64,000 nucleotides of DNA from Octopus vulgaris (Eukaryota), in NCBI GenBank assembly GCA_951406725.2, contig OX597841.1, positions 5,456,001-5,520,000 of the forward strand. The letters are read 5' to 3'. Below, piece after piece: positions 10,709 to 29,368 of the stretch. Position 1 is the stretch's first letter, and every line of letters starts with the position of its first letter. Both the position numbers and the translations under genes were made by a program. The notes below the pieces were generated by a model. It was not told where the DNA came from. It worked only from the letters and a program-made list of their open reading frames with translations, and ran no database searches.

Positions 10709-11089
10709 ATTTACGGATGACATTGGCATCAAAGAAATTTTCTTTTATAATGAATACATCTTCAACATTTTTCATCTTTTAAAGTCTTGAGGAAAAGTTT
10801 ACACAGAACGAATCGAAGCCTATTTCTATAAATCTTTGTTAGAAATTCTATGAAATGTTTGCTCTGAACTGAGATTAATAGCAACATTTTTCTATTTCAT
10901 TAGCTGATGCTATGCATTCTCGTTACTCTTTGATGACTTTCTAAATTTGTAGCATCTTTAGATATCAGTGAGGTTTGCAGTGGAAATATTTGTAAGGAAT
11001 AAACTATAAAAAGAAGGATAAAGATAGGGGTAAAACTTTAATGTGGTGAGAAAGGCCAAGGATTGTTTCTATTTTGATTCCTCAAAGAA

Positions 11090-16067
<4,978 letters not shown>

Positions 16068-17177
16068 AGGCCTTTTGAAGGTGTGATTTCTGTGGTAAAT
16101 CATTCTCTGAGAAACGTTAGTTAATTGCACAAGTATCTATCCATACAAGAATTTGACTGTATTATTTATGAAACGTCTTTGCAGCTCATAGCAACAGACG
16201 TTTTAAAAGCCTTTCTCCTTGTGGGCATTGTCAGTAACTGATGAACCCTTGGTAACATTCATAAGCATCAGGGTTCCTTTGTGAGGTATTGTTAATGATG
16301 CCAACCCTTTTTGTAAGCACTTACCAAGGATAAACGTAGTTTTGCTGGGCACAGGTATTTGTTAGAATTCTGTGTAGAAAATAATTTGTATAACCATAAA
16401 TATTCCCACTTTAGGAACCACTAGATTAGACAATTGTGAGGAGTGGAAACAGTGATGTGCAGATAAATATAGTTGTGTGTGTAGCAGAATGTAGCACACA
16501 CGAGAGGCCCATTGATATTAAAGCTGAAATCTAAAAGAGGAGAAAAGTGTGAGGCAGTGCAGCATCATGAGAGCAGACGGTGGAGAAATCCAGGTGAACA
16601 TCTTTTAGAGTAACTGGGTTTTAGGAAGACACAATTTCTTGCATTCTGAAAATATATACTCCATGAAGAAGATTGTGAAATCCTGTGGAGGTGACGTGGT
16701 TAAATAAATATGTATTCAACACTGAAACTTGCTGACTTGGTTTTTATATGTACCTAAATATGTATGTTTGATTGCTTCTCGTTTATTAATTGCATCCAAG
16801 GTCTTTGATCTTTGTTTGCTTGTTTATTTCAGCTTGCTTCTTATTCCTCTGTGTCAATTTGCTTCTGATGAAGCAATTAGATGAACCAAGCTGCTCTTCT
16901 TTGTGTTTCTCTAGGCTGTGGGTTCGTTTAGTATCTCATAAAAAGTTGAATACATCGTTAGAGCACATCCAACCCTACGCTTAATAAATGTTTCTGGTTT
17001 TGTGTCGAGATATTGAAAAGCTGTGGGCCCTGGAAAACCTAAACCGTTGCAGTATTGGATTCTTACCCAAGATGGAAAGTAGGTGTTTGGTACGATGCAA
17101 TGGCATTCAGTCCAGGGGTTACTATAGGTTTCATTACCAAATTTAGGGGTAGACCTTAAAAACTGTATATATCTATA

Positions 17178-17330
17178 TACAACGGGCTACTTACAGTTTC
17201 CATCATCCAAATCCACTCACAAGGCTTTGGCTGGCCCGAGGCTATAGTAGAAGAAACTTACCCAAGGTGCCAAGCAGTGGAACTGAACTGGGGAACTATG
17301 CGATTGATAAGCAAGCTACTTACCACACAA
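17178..17330 (-). mobile_element. SINE head fragment carried in each unit (also ~23700-23852, 30480-30632, 37318-37470, 43998-44150)
   Basis: Similar to 2040-2203 and 50741-50903. Confidence 0.75.
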
Positions 17331-17499
17331 TTTTGTATTTAAATGCTTCAAATTGTGTAGATTACAATTATATAGGAATTTGTTGGGGCTAAACACTACC
17401 TGGAGTAGGGGTGGGCAATTCACAGAGTTTGTGAAAACGTATGAGGAAATAAAGATGTGTGAATTTGCCGAAACTCCTGTCCCCTCATCCTGAAAATGT

Positions 17500-17860
17500 T
17501 TCTCGCAAGTGGTAGAAATAGACCGGATGGTCTTGTCATCTGTGCCTGGGTTAGAGGTAAGGTGCCTCATTTGGGATGCCACTCTCCTTTGCTCCTTCTC
17601 ACATCCTGGATGCTGCAGTATAATGGTGGGGGTCTCTGCTTCCGTAGCAGAATGGAAGAAAACCCTGATGTATCGGGACCTGACAGTGAACTATCTCTTC
17701 TACCTTGTGGTGTTTGAGACATTCAGAGAGACTAGGCCATTATCCATGAAGTTCTTGTCAACATTGGCATGTGATGCCCGTGTGAGTGCATGGTTTTTCT
17801 TAACACCTTAGCCTCGCTTTCACCTGTAGTAATACTGTGAGGATGCTGGATTGCTTCAGT
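17500..17860 (+). pseudogene. Decayed restriction-like endonuclease domain of a CRE-like non-LTR retrotransposon (also ~24025-24380, 30800-31160, 37640-37995, 44320-44680)
   Basis: Across frames: GRNRPDGL..CAW.RG / CLIWDAT / ASVAE.KK..RY.DL...YLFY.VVFET, matching the RPDG..PW..G..L.WD / AE..K..KY / F.P.A.ET pattern. Confidence 0.6.
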
Positions 17861-20722
17861 AGGTTCTATCAAACCTTGTGGCGTGCAACCATCAGCTGTG
17901 ATAAAGGAAATACCTCCTGATATGCTGCAAATCCCTTATTGTGGTTAACAAAAAATTGGGGGGCCTTCCCCACTTTTTTTCATGCAGGTGAAAAAATCAG
18001 TAAGTGTGGGGTGAAATTTCTGAAGCTTCCACCTCCGCCCACCCAATTTTATGGACAACAAAAAGAGTTTTGTAGCATATTAGGTCACAGGAATTCATTC
18101 AAGAAAATAAAAAACGCGAAAATATCAAATGATTCCGAAATGGGAAGGGGTGACCCTACCTTCTTATTTTCCAAACCAATATAAGGGACGTGAAGCATCT
18201 TATTAGGTCAGGGTACTTGATTCCACCCCAAGAATCCAACTTTTGTTTTTTTTCTCTTAGTGAAAATTATGCGGTTGTTAATATTGGAATTTAATGGAAA
18301 AAGCAGGCTCTTCATCCAGCTCCCTCTCTACCTCCCCTTATTCTCCTCACCATTCCCATCACAACCTGCATCGCCTCCTGCACCCCACCCGACTCTCACT
18401 TTGTGCAGCTTCTATTTTATAATTCTATGCATGCGTGAAAAATTAATAGAAGAAAACACTTTCATTTCATTTCTTGTTACGGGTCAGGGGAGGAGGTGGG
18501 TTTTATTTTTGTTTTTGTTTTGTATATTTTGAAAAATTAGAATTTGCAGTTTTTTTTCAGAATCGTAATCTCCTTATTTTTCTAAATATTTCATCAGAAA
18601 TATTTTGTTTTTAGTTGAAAATTTAAGAAATTACGTGGGGGAGATAAAAAATTTTTTAATGCGGATTTGGAATCTCCGCACTCGATATCGTGGGTTGCTG
18701 TAAAAACAAAACCAAAAAAACATCGGAAAGAGGGTCCGGTCCATTGTCTTTCCCCCCGCCGTAAACGGAACCCTTCCCCCTTTATTTCCGGGAAAAGTGA
18801 AAAAACGAACGAAAGGGATATGGGACTGAAATTTTGATGTTGGGATTGTTGAAAAATCTTTTCCAGAATCGAAATTTCCATGGCCTAAAAACATGGGATT
18901 CCGGAGAAAAAAACAAAAAGAAATTTCAAAGCCGGGAAGGACTCCGTTTCGATCTTCGCTATAGTTGAGGGTCGATGGTCGAAAAAGTTTGGCGACCCCT
19001 GATAAAGGGGTAGGGAACACCACCTGCTGTGTTTCTAATCATATGTCCGTTTAATGAACAAACATACGATTATATGCATTCTAATGCTAAGATGTAATGA
19101 TGTCAGAAATATTTGGCTGCTATTTTTAGCAGGTTCAGTGACAATGCGCAGACACTCTTGTTGAGACGTAATTACTATTTAGCTGGATGAGGTTTTTATC
19201 ATTTACCTTGGGTGAGATGCAATTAAAGGTGTGAATTAATATAACTTTAACGTCTTTTCGTGTTATATTGGGGACTTTTAATATATGACACCGGTGTCGT
19301 TCAAACGCGGGAATAATTATCAACAGCTTCTACACGTGCTTCTAATTAAGACGAATCTAATTATATCAGATGTAGTAATACCTCGTGTTCAGGTGAACGT
19401 TGATCTCTATGAATAACACGAAGCGACTTACATGATTTGTGATTTAATATTTCTCTTGATCACAGCTTTAGTTGGTTGATCCCTATTTTATAGGAAAGGG
19501 GGGAAAAAGCTTTCAATCTAGGAACTTTGCTCGCCCTTCTTCATATTTCATTTGGACGTTAGATCGGAAGCACGAATTGTTTGTATGCCTGTTGTAGCAA
19601 ATATTGTGCGCATTTCTACTATCCATGGTGGGAAAAACAAACTGGATTTCAAGAAAGGATCCTGGTGAACAACAAGTATTCTAATGGTAAGTCAAAAAAT
19701 ATATCTACATAGCATTTGTTGCAGACTTGTTAACGGAGGTCTGTGATATCTAAGACAAGAAACTGAACCATAGGAGGTTAGTCTATATCTACAGACATTT
19801 GTCAGCTGTTTAAGTATTCCTGAAGACAAGCAAGAAGACCTCCCTCACAACGGGTTTCCTTTTGGTAAACGATATGTCCCCTTTTGAGGCCCGATTTGTG
19901 TAATTTTCTTTTGGGTCCTTTAATCGTTTAATAATGTATATTTTGCCAGTAAATTTAGGGCATAACTACAGAAATGCGGGATCCTTTCGGTTTGGGGAGT
20001 TACCAGAATTGAAATTGCAAAAATGTTTATATCATTGTTCTGTGACCCTAACCACATCTTTTCATGGAGTTCTCAAAAATGAAGCCCCCAAAAATCAAAA
20101 TATTATTCCCTGCCTAACTTGAACTCATCACATATAAATTTATATAGGTAGATAGATACAGATGTGTATATATGTGCGTGTATGAGTAATGTTACACAAT
20201 GTTAAAGAGTAGTTGTAGTTTACAAATTTTTCCATTTCACCCAATGTTATATGATGTCATTTGTTAATTAATAAAGAAATGTTGTAACATTTCTCTTTTG
20301 ATCTTTCCTCTCTATCTAATTCTGTTTCTTTATTATTTCAGATTTACGGATGACATTGGCATCAAAGAAATTTTCTTTTATAATGAATACATCTTCAACA
20401 TTTTTCATCTTTTAAAGTCTTGAGGAAAAGTTTACACAGAACGAATCGAAGCCTATTTCTATAAATCTTTGTTAGAAATTCTATGAAATGTTTGCTCTGA
20501 ACTGAGATTAATAGCAACATTTTTCTATTTCATTAGCTGATGCTTTGCATTCTCGTTACTCTTTGATGACTTTCTAAATTTGTAGCATCTTTAGATATCA
20601 GTGAGGTTTGCAGTGGAAATATTTGTAAGGAATAAACTATAAAAAGAAGGATAAAGATAGGGGTAAAACTTTAATGTGGTGAGAAAGGCCAAGGATTGTT
20701 TCTATTTTGATTACTCAAAGAA

Positions 20723-22591
20723 ATGCTGAAAAATATGCGAAAATCATTGTATCGTTGTGATATCAGTGGTAAATCAACCACTAGAAGTGCTGCCTTAGAT
20801 AGACACAAGCGTACTCACATAGGAGAAAAACCGTTCCAGTGTGATATCTGTGGTAAATCATTCTGTCAAAATAGTGTGTTAACTACTCACAAACGTATTC
20901 ATACAGGGGAGAAGCAAGTTCACTGTGATATCTGTGGTAAATCATTCTCTGAAAACAGTAGCCTAACTACACACACATGCATTCACACAGGGGAAAAACC
21001 ATTTCACTGTGATATCTGTGGTAAATCATTCTCTGAAAACAGTAGCCTGACTACACACACATGCATTCACACAGGGGAAAAACCATTTCACTGTGATATC
21101 TGTGGTAAATCATTCTCTGAAAACAGTAGCCTAACTACACACAAAGGCATTCACACAGGGGAAAAACCATTTCACTGTGATATCTGTGGTAAATCATTCT
21201 CTGAAAACAGTAGCCTAACTACACACAAAGGCATTCACACAGGGGAAAAACCATTTCACTGTGATATCTGTGGTAAATCTTTCTCTGTAAGCAGTGGCCT
21301 AACTACACACAAAGGCATTCACACAGGGGAAAAACCATTTCACTGTGATATCTGTGGTAAATCATTCTCTGAAAACAGTAGCCTAACTACACATACATGC
21401 ATTCACACAGGGGAAAAACCATTTCACTGTGATATCTGTGGTAAATCTTTCTCTGTAAGCAGTAGTTTAGTTGGACGCAAACGAAGTCATACAGGAGAAA
21501 AGCCGTATCACTGTGCTATCTGTGGTAAATCATTCTCTCTAAGCAGTAGCCTAACTAGACACATACGTATTCATACAGGTGAGAAACCATATGAGTGTGA
21601 TGTCTGTGGGAAATCATACTCTGATAGAAGTGCCTTAATTAATCACAAATGTAATCACACAGGAGATAAGCCATTTCCTTGTGATATCTGTGGTAAATCA
21701 TTCCCTACAAACAGTCGCTTAACTAGACACAGACGTATTCACACTGGAGAGAAACCATTTCACTGTGATATCTGTGGTAAATCATTCTCTCTAAACTGTC
21801 ATTTAACTGCTCACCAACGTATTCATACAGGGGAGACACCATATCACTGTGAAATCTGTGGGATATCATTCTCTGCAAGTAGTAATTTGACAGCACACAA
21901 ACGTACTCATACTGGAGAGAAGCCGTATCTCTGTGATATCTGTGGTAAATCATTCTCTCAAAACTGTCAATTGACTGCTCACAAACGTATTCATACAGGA
22001 GAGTGGCCATTTTGCTGTGATATCTGTGGTAAATCATTCTCTGACGGAAGTAACTTAATTGTACACAAACGTATTCACACAGGAGAGAAACCATATCAAT
22101 GTGATATCTGTGGTAAATCATTCTCTGATGGAAGTAACTTAATTGTACACAAACGTATTCATACAGGAGAGAAACCATATCACTGTGATGTCTGCGGTAA
22201 ATCATTCTCTGAAAGTACTACATTAAATAAACACAGGCGTATTCATACAGGAGAAAAGCCATTTCACTGTGATATCTGTGGTAAATCATTCTCTCAAAAT
22301 TGTCAAATAACTTCTCACAAACGTATTCATACAGGAGTGAAGCCATATCACTGTGACATCTGTGGTAAATCATTCTCTCAAAACTGTCAATTAACTTCTC
22401 ATAAACGTATTCATACAGGAGAGAAACCGTATCACTGTGATGTCTGCGGTAAATCATTCTCTGAAAGTACTACATTAAATAAACACAAGCGTATCCATAC
22501 AAAGGAGAAGCTATTTCACTGTGATATCTGTGGTAAATCATTCTCTCAAAATTGTCAATTAACTTCTCACAAACGTATTCATACAGGATAG
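20723..22591 (+). CDS. ZNF unit 2 (type B), 622 aa, ~22 finger units
   Basis: Intact ORF with a run of SENSSLTTH fingers; ends HTG-TAG. Confidence 0.88.
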   Translation: MLKNMRKSLYRCDISGKSTTRSAALDRHKRTHIGEKPFQCDICGKSFCQNSVLTTHKRIHTGEKQVHCDICGKSFSENSSLTTHTCIHTGEKPFHCDICGKSFSENSSLTTHTCIHTGEKPFHCDICGKSFSENSSLTTHKGIHTGEKPFHCDICGKSFSENSSLTTHKGIHTGEKPFHCDICGKSFSVSSGLTTHKGIHTGEKPFHCDICGKSFSENSSLTTHTCIHTGEKPFHCDICGKSFSVSSSLVGRKRSHTGEKPYHCAICGKSFSLSSSLTRHIRIHTGEKPYECDVCGKSYSDRSALINHKCNHTGDKPFPCDICGKSFPTNSRLTRHRRIHTGEKPFHCDICGKSFSLNCHLTAHQRIHTGETPYHCEICGISFSASSNLTAHKRTHTGEKPYLCDICGKSFSQNCQLTAHKRIHTGEWPFCCDICGKSFSDGSNLIVHKRIHTGEKPYQCDICGKSFSDGSNLIVHKRIHTGEKPYHCDVCGKSFSESTTLNKHRRIHTGEKPFHCDICGKSFSQNCQITSHKRIHTGVKPYHCDICGKSFSQNCQLTSHKRIHTGEKPYHCDVCGKSFSESTTLNKHKRIHTKEKLFHCDICGKSFSQNCQLTSHKRIHTG

Positions 22592-24443
22592 AGGCCTTTA
22601 AGGTGTGATTTCTGTGGTAAATCATTCTCTGAGAAACGTTAGTTAATTGCACACGTATCTATCCATACAAGAATTTGACTGTATTATTTATGAAACGTCT
22701 TTGCAGCTCATAGCAACAGACGTTTTAAAAGCCTTTCTCCTTGTGGGCATTGTCAGTAACTGATGAACCCTTGGTAACATTCATAAGCATCAGGGTTCCT
22801 TTGTGAGGTATTGTTAATGATGCCAACCCTTTTTGTAAGCACTTACCAAGGATAAACGTAGTTTTGCTGGGCACAGGTATTTGTTAGAATTCTGTGTAGA
22901 AAATAATTTGTATAACCATAAATATTCCCACTTTAGGAACCACTAGATTAGACAATTGTGAGGAGTGGAAACAGTGATGTGCAGATAAATATAGTTGTGT
23001 GTGTAGCAGAATGTAGCACACACGAGAGGCCCATTGATATTAAAGCTGAAATCTAAAAGAGGAGAAACGTGTGAGGCAGTGCAGCATCATGAGAGCAGAC
23101 GGTGGAGAAATCCAGGTGAACATCTTTTAGAGTAACTGGGTTTTTAGGAAGACACAATTTCTTGCATTCTGAAAATATATACTCCATGAAGAAGATTGTG
23201 AAATCCTGTGGAGGTGACGTGGTTAAATAAATATGTATTCAACACTGAAACTTGCTGACTTTGTTTTTATATGTACCTAAATATGTATGTTTGATTGCTT
23301 CTCGTTTATTAATTGCATCCAAGGTCTTTGATCTTTGTTTGCTTGTTTATTTCAGCTTGCTTCTTATTCCTCTGTGTCAATTTGCTTCTGATGAAGCAAT
23401 TAGATGAACCAAGCTGCTCTTCTTTGTGTTTCTCTAGGCTGTGGGTTCGTTTAGTATCTCATAAAAAGTTGAATACATCGTTAGAGCACATCCAACCCTA
23501 TGCTTAATAAATGTTTCTGGTTTTGTGTCGAGATATTGAAAAGCTGTGGGCCCTGGAAAACCTAAACCGTTGCAGTATTGGATTCTTACCCAAGATGGAA
23601 AGTAGGTGTTTGGTACGATGCAATGGCATTCAGTCCAGGGGTTACTATAGGTTTCATTACCAAATTTAGGGGTAGACCTTAAAAACTGTATATATCTATA
23701 TACAACGGGCTACTTACAGTTTCCATCATCCAAATCCACTCACAAGGCTTTGGCTGGCCCGAGGCTATAGTAGAAGAAACTTACCCAAGGTGCCAAGCAG
23801 TGGAACTGAACTGGGGAACTATGCGATTGATAAGCAAGCTACTTACCACACAATTTTGTATTTAAATGCTTCAAATTGTGTAGATTACAATTATATAGGA
23901 ATTTGTTGGGGCTAAACACTACCTGGAGTAGGGGTGGGCAATTCACAGAGTTTGTGAAAACGTATGAGGAAATAAAGATGTGTGAATTTGCCGAAACTCC
24001 TGTCCCCTCATCCTGAAAATGTTTCTCGCAAGTGGTAGAAATAGACCGGATGGTCTTGTCATCTGTGCCTGGGTTAGAGGTAAGGTGCCTCATTTGGGAT
24101 GCCACACTCTCCTTTGCTCCTTCTCACATCCTGGATGCTGCAGTATAATGGTGGGGTCTCTGCTTCCGTCGCAGAATGGAAGAAAACCCTGAGGTATCGG
24201 GACCTGACAGTGAACTATCTCTTCTACCTTGTGGTGTTTGAGACATTCAGAGGGACTAGGCCATTATCCATGAAGTTCTTGTCAACATTGGCATGTGATG
24301 CCCGTGTGAGTGCATGGTTTTTCTTAACACCTTAGCCTCGCTTTCACCTGTAGTAATACTGTGAGGATGCTGGATTGCTTCAGTAGGTTCTATCAAACCT
24401 TGTGGCGTGCAACCATCGGCTGTGATAAAGGAAATACCTCCTG

Positions 24444-25020
24444 ATATGCTGCAAATCCCTTATTTTGGTTTGGAAAAGTGGGAGGACACTCCCATCTTGG
24501 AATCATTGGAAATTTATTTTCTTCCTTGAATGAATTCCTCTGACGTAATATGCTACAAAACCTGTTTTGGGGTCCGAAAAACGGGATGGAGTGAGCTAGA
24601 AGCCTTAGAATGTTCGCCCCCCCCCCCCACCACCATTGATTTTTTTATCTACAAAGTTTTCAGTAAGGAAAATAAATTGGATTCTTTTGCAGGGAATCAA
24701 GTACCCTGACCTCCCAATATGCTGCAAATCCCTTATTGTGGTTAACAAAAAATTGGGGGCCTTCCCCACTTTTTTCATGCAGGTGAAAAAATCAGTGAGT
24801 GTGGGGTGAAATTTCTGAGGCTTCCACCTCAGCCCACCCAATTTTATGGACCCCAAAAAGAGTTTTGTAGCATATTAGGTCACAGGAATTCATTCAAGAA
24901 AATAAAAAACGCGAAAATATCAAATGATTCCGAAATGGGAAGGGGTGACCCTACCTTCTTGTTTTCCAAACCAATATAAGGGACGTGAAGCATCTTATTA
25001 GGTCAGGGTACTTGATTCCA
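24444..25020. repeat. Foldback-like segment with nested inverted and direct repeats (also ~31225-31793, 38061-38630, 44743-45312; partial at 17920-18225)
   Basis: 24458-24575 is imperfectly inverted to 24848-24983; GGAATCAAGTACCCTGACCT near 24693 is inverted near 25000; 21-bp direct repeat at 24444 and 24717. Confidence 0.7.
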
Positions 25021-27505
25021 CCCCAAGAATCCAAGTTTTGTTTTTTTTCTCTTAGTGAAAATTATGCGGTTGTTAATATTGGAATTTAATGGGAAAAGCA
25101 GGCTCTTCATCCAGCTCCCCTTATTCTCCTCACCATTCCCATCACAGCCTGCATCACCGCCTGCACCCCACCCGACTCTCACTTTGTGCAGCTTCTATTT
25201 TATAATTTTATGCATGCGTGAAACATTAATAGAAGAAAACACTTTCATTTCATTTCTTGTTACGGGTCAGGGGAGGAGGTGGGTTTTATTTTTGTTTTTG
25301 TTTTGTATATTTTGAAAAATTAGAATTTGCAGTTTTTTATTTTGTTTTTTTTCAAAATCGTAATCTCCTTATTTTTCTACATATTTCACCAGAAAAATTT
25401 TGTTTTTAGTTGAAAATTTAAGAAATTGCGTGGGGAGATTACAAATTTTTTAATGCAGATTTTGAATCTCCGCACTCGATATCGTGGGTTCCTGTAAAAA
25501 ACAAAAAACCAAAAAAACATCGGAAAGAGGGTCCGGTCCATTGTCTTTCCCCACGCCGTCAATTGAACCCTTCCCCCTTTATTTCAGGAAAAAGTAAAAC
25601 AAACGAAGGGAAGGGATATGGGACTGAAATTTTGAAAAAATCTTTTCCAGAATCGAAATTTTCATAGACTAAAAACATGGGATTCCGGAGAAAAAAAACA
25701 AACAGGAATTTCAAAGCCGGGAAGGACTCCGTTTAGATCTTCGCTATAGTTGAGGGTCGATGGTCGAAAAAGTTTGGCGACCCCTGATAAAGGGGTAGGG
25801 AACACCACCTGCTGTGTTTCTAATCATATTTCCGTTTAATGAACAAACATACGATTATATGCATTCTAATGCTAAGATGTAATGATGTCAGAAATATTTG
25901 GCTGCTATTTTTAGCAGGTTCAGTGACCATGCGCAGACACTCTTGTTGAGACGTAATTACTATTTATCTGGATGAGGTTTTTATCATTTACCTTTGGTGA
26001 GATGCAATTAAATGTGTGAATTAATATAATTTTAACGTCTCTATTTGTTATATTGGGGACCTTAAATATATGACACCGGTGTCGTTCAAACGCGGGAATA
26101 ATTATCAACAGCTTCTACACGTGCTTCTAATTAAGACGAATCTAATTATATCAGATGTAGTAATACCTCGTGTTCAGGTGAACGTTGATCTCTATGAATA
26201 ACACGAAGCGACTTACCTGATTTGTGATTTAATATTTCTCTTGATCACAGCTTTAGTTGGTTGATCCCTATTTTACAGGAAAGGGGGAAACAAGCTTTCA
26301 ATCGAGGAACTTTGCTCGCCCTTCTTCATATTTCATTTGGACCTCAGATCGAAAGCATGAATTGTTTGTATGCCTGTTGTAGCAAATATTGTGCGCATTT
26401 CTACTATCCATGGTGGGAAAAACCAACTGGATTTCAAGAAAGGATCCTGGTGAACAACAAGTATTCTAATGGTAAGTCAAAAAATATATCTACATAGCAT
26501 TTGTTGCACACTTGTTAACGGAGGTCTGTGATATCTAAGACAAGAAACTGAACCATAGGAAGTTAGTCTATATCTACAGACATTTGTCAGCTTTTTAAGT
26601 ATTCCTGATGACAAGCAGGAAGACCTCCCTCACAACGGGTTTCCTTTTGGTAAACGATATTTCCCCTTTCGACACCCGATTTGTGTAATTTTCTTTTGGG
26701 TCCTTTAATCGTTTAGTAATGTATATTTTGTCAGTAAATTTAGGGCATAACTACAGAAATGCGGGATCCTTTCGGTTTGGGGAGTTACCAGAATTGAAAT
26801 TGCAAAAGTGTTTATATCATTGTTCTGTGACCCTAACCACATCTTTTCAGGGAGTTCACAAAAATGAAGCCCCCAGAAATCAAAATATTATTCCCCGCCT
26901 AACCTGAACTCATCACATATAAATTTATATAGGTAGATAGATACAGATATGTATATATGTGCCTGCATGAGTAATGTTACACAATGTTAAAGAGTAGTTG
27001 TAGTTTACAAATTTTTCCATTTCACCCAATGTTATATGATGTCATTTGTTAATTAATAAAGAAATGTTGTAACATTTCTCTTTTGATCTTTCCTCTCTAT
27101 CTAATTCTGTTTCTTTATTATTTCAGATTTACGGATGACATTGGCATCAAAGATATTTTCTTTTATAATGAATACATCTTCAACATTTTTCATCTTTTAA
27201 AGTCTTGAGGAAAAGTTTACACAGAATGCATCGAAGCCTATTTCTATAAATCTTTGTTAGAAATTCTATGAAATGTTTGCTCTGAACTGAGATTAATAGC
27301 AACATTTTTCTATTTCATTAGCTGATGCTTTGCATTCTCATTACTCTTTGATGGCTTTCTAAATTTGTAGCATCTTTAGATATCTGAAGTTTGCATTGAA
27401 AATATTTGTAAGGAATAAACTATAAAAAGAAGGATAAAGATAGGGGTAAAACTTTAATATGGTGAGAAAGGCCAAGGATTGTTTCTATTTTGATTCCTCA
27501 AAGAA

Positions 27506-29368
27506 ATGCTGAAAAATATGCGAAAATCATTGTATCGTTGTGATATCAGTGGTAAATCAACCACTACAGCTGCTGCCTTAGATAGACACAAGCATACTCA
27601 CACAGGAGAAAAACCGTTCCAGTGTGATATCTGTGGTAAATCATTCTGTCAAAATAGTGTGTTAACTACTCACAAACGTATTCATACAGGGGAGAAGCAA
27701 GTTCACTGTGATATCTGTGGTAAATCATTCTCTAACGGAAGTGCCTTAATTGTACACAAACGTGTTCATACAGGTGAGACACCATATCACTGTAATATCT
27801 GTGGTGAATCATTCTCTGAAAGCAGTTGCTTAGCTAAACACCGATGTTTTTATACCAAGGAGCAGCTATTTCACTGTGATACCTGTGGCAAATCATTCTC
27901 TAGCAGCAATTACCTAACTAGCCACAGACATATTCATACAGGAGAGAAGCTATTTTTTTGTGATGTCTGTGGTAAATCATTCCCTGTAAACAGTAGCCTA
28001 ACTACACACAAACGCATTCACACAGGGGAAAAACCATTTCACTGTGATATCTGTGGTAAATCTTTCTCTGTAAGCAATCACTTAACTAAACACATACGTA
28101 TTCATACAGGTGAGAAGCCATATGAGTGTGATGTCTGTGGGAAATCATTCTCTGAAAAGAACAGTTTAACTAGACACATACGTCTTCATACGGGTGAGAA
28201 ACCATATGAGTGTGATGTCTGTGGGAAATCATACTCTGATAGAAGTGCCTTAATTAGTCACAAACATAATCACACAGGAGATAAGCCATTTCCTTGTGAT
28301 ATCTGTGGTAAATCATTCCCTACAAACAGTCGCTTAAATAGACACAGAGGTATTCACACTGGAGAGAAACCATTTCACTGTGATATCTGTGGTAAATCAT
28401 TCTCTGAAAACTGTCAATTAACTGCTCACAAACGTATTCATACAGGAGGGCCATTTTGCTGTGATATCTGTGGTAAATCATTCTCTCAAAATTGTCGATT
28501 GACTTCTCACAAACGTATTCATACAGGGGAGACACCATATCACTGTGATATCTGTGGTAAATCATTCTCTCTAAACTTTCAATTAACTGCTCACAAACGT
28601 ATTCATACAGGTGAGAGGCCATTTTGCTGTGATATCTGTGGTAAATCATTCTCTGACGGAAGTAACTTAAATGTACACAAACGTATTCACACAGGAGAGA
28701 AACCATATCAATGTGATGTCTGTGGTAACTCATTTTCTCGAAGTGATAGTTTAACATCTCACAAACGTGTTCATACAGGAGAGAAACCATATCACTGTGA
28801 CATCTGTGGTAAATCATTCTCTCAAAACTGTCAATTAACTTCTCATAAACGTATTCATACAGGAGAGAAACCGTATCACTGTGATGTCTGCGGTAAATCA
28901 TTCTCTGAAAGTAGTACATTAAATAAACACAAGCGTATCCATACAAAGAAGCTATTTCACTGTGATATCTGTGGTAAATCATTCTCTCAAAATTGTCGAT
29001 TGACTTCTCACAAACGTATTCATACAGGGGCGACACCATATCACTGTGATATCTGTGGTAAATCATTCTCTCGAAACTTCCAATTAACTGTTCACAAACG
29101 TATTCATACAGGTGAGAGGCCATTTTGCTGTGATATCTGTGGTAAATCATACTCTGACGGAAGTAACTTAATTGTACACAAACGTATTCACACAGGAGAG
29201 AAACCATATCACTGTGACATCTGTGGTAAATCATTCTCTCAAAACTGTCAATTAACTTCTCATAAACGTATTCATACAGGAGAGAAACCGTATCACTGTG
29301 ATGTCTGCGGTAAATCATTCTCTCAAAATTGTCAATTAACTTCTCACAAACGTATTCATACAGGATAG
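27506..29368 (+). CDS. ZNF unit 3 (type C), 620 aa, ~22 finger units
   Basis: Intact ORF; diagnostic [27 protein letters not shown] and HTKKLF. Confidence 0.88.
   Translation: MLKNMRKSLYRCDISGKSTTTAAALDRHKHTHTGEKPFQCDICGKSFCQNSVLTTHKRIHTGEKQVHCDICGKSFSNGSALIVHKRVHTGETPYHCNICGESFSESSCLAKHRCFYTKEQLFHCDTCGKSFSSSNYLTSHRHIHTGEKLFFCDVCGKSFPVNSSLTTHKRIHTGEKPFHCDICGKSFSVSNHLTKHIRIHTGEKPYECDVCGKSFSEKNSLTRHIRLHTGEKPYECDVCGKSYSDRSALISHKHNHTGDKPFPCDICGKSFPTNSRLNRHRGIHTGEKPFHCDICGKSFSENCQLTAHKRIHTGGPFCCDICGKSFSQNCRLTSHKRIHTGETPYHCDICGKSFSLNFQLTAHKRIHTGERPFCCDICGKSFSDGSNLNVHKRIHTGEKPYQCDVCGNSFSRSDSLTSHKRVHTGEKPYHCDICGKSFSQNCQLTSHKRIHTGEKPYHCDVCGKSFSESSTLNKHKRIHTKKLFHCDICGKSFSQNCRLTSHKRIHTGATPYHCDICGKSFSRNFQLTVHKRIHTGERPFCCDICGKSYSDGSNLIVHKRIHTGEKPYHCDICGKSFSQNCQLTSHKRIHTGEKPYHCDVCGKSFSQNCQLTSHKRIHTG

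Noticed and set aside
16238-16275. CTGATGA motifs in unit flanks (also ~16865, 26605, 49990) as hammerheads
   Set aside because: No stem II followed by GAAA and no closing stem I.
18987-19001. hAT-like terminus CAGGGGTCGCCAAAC (minus) in each unit
   Set aside because: No partner TIR or TSD found, so no element can be delimited.
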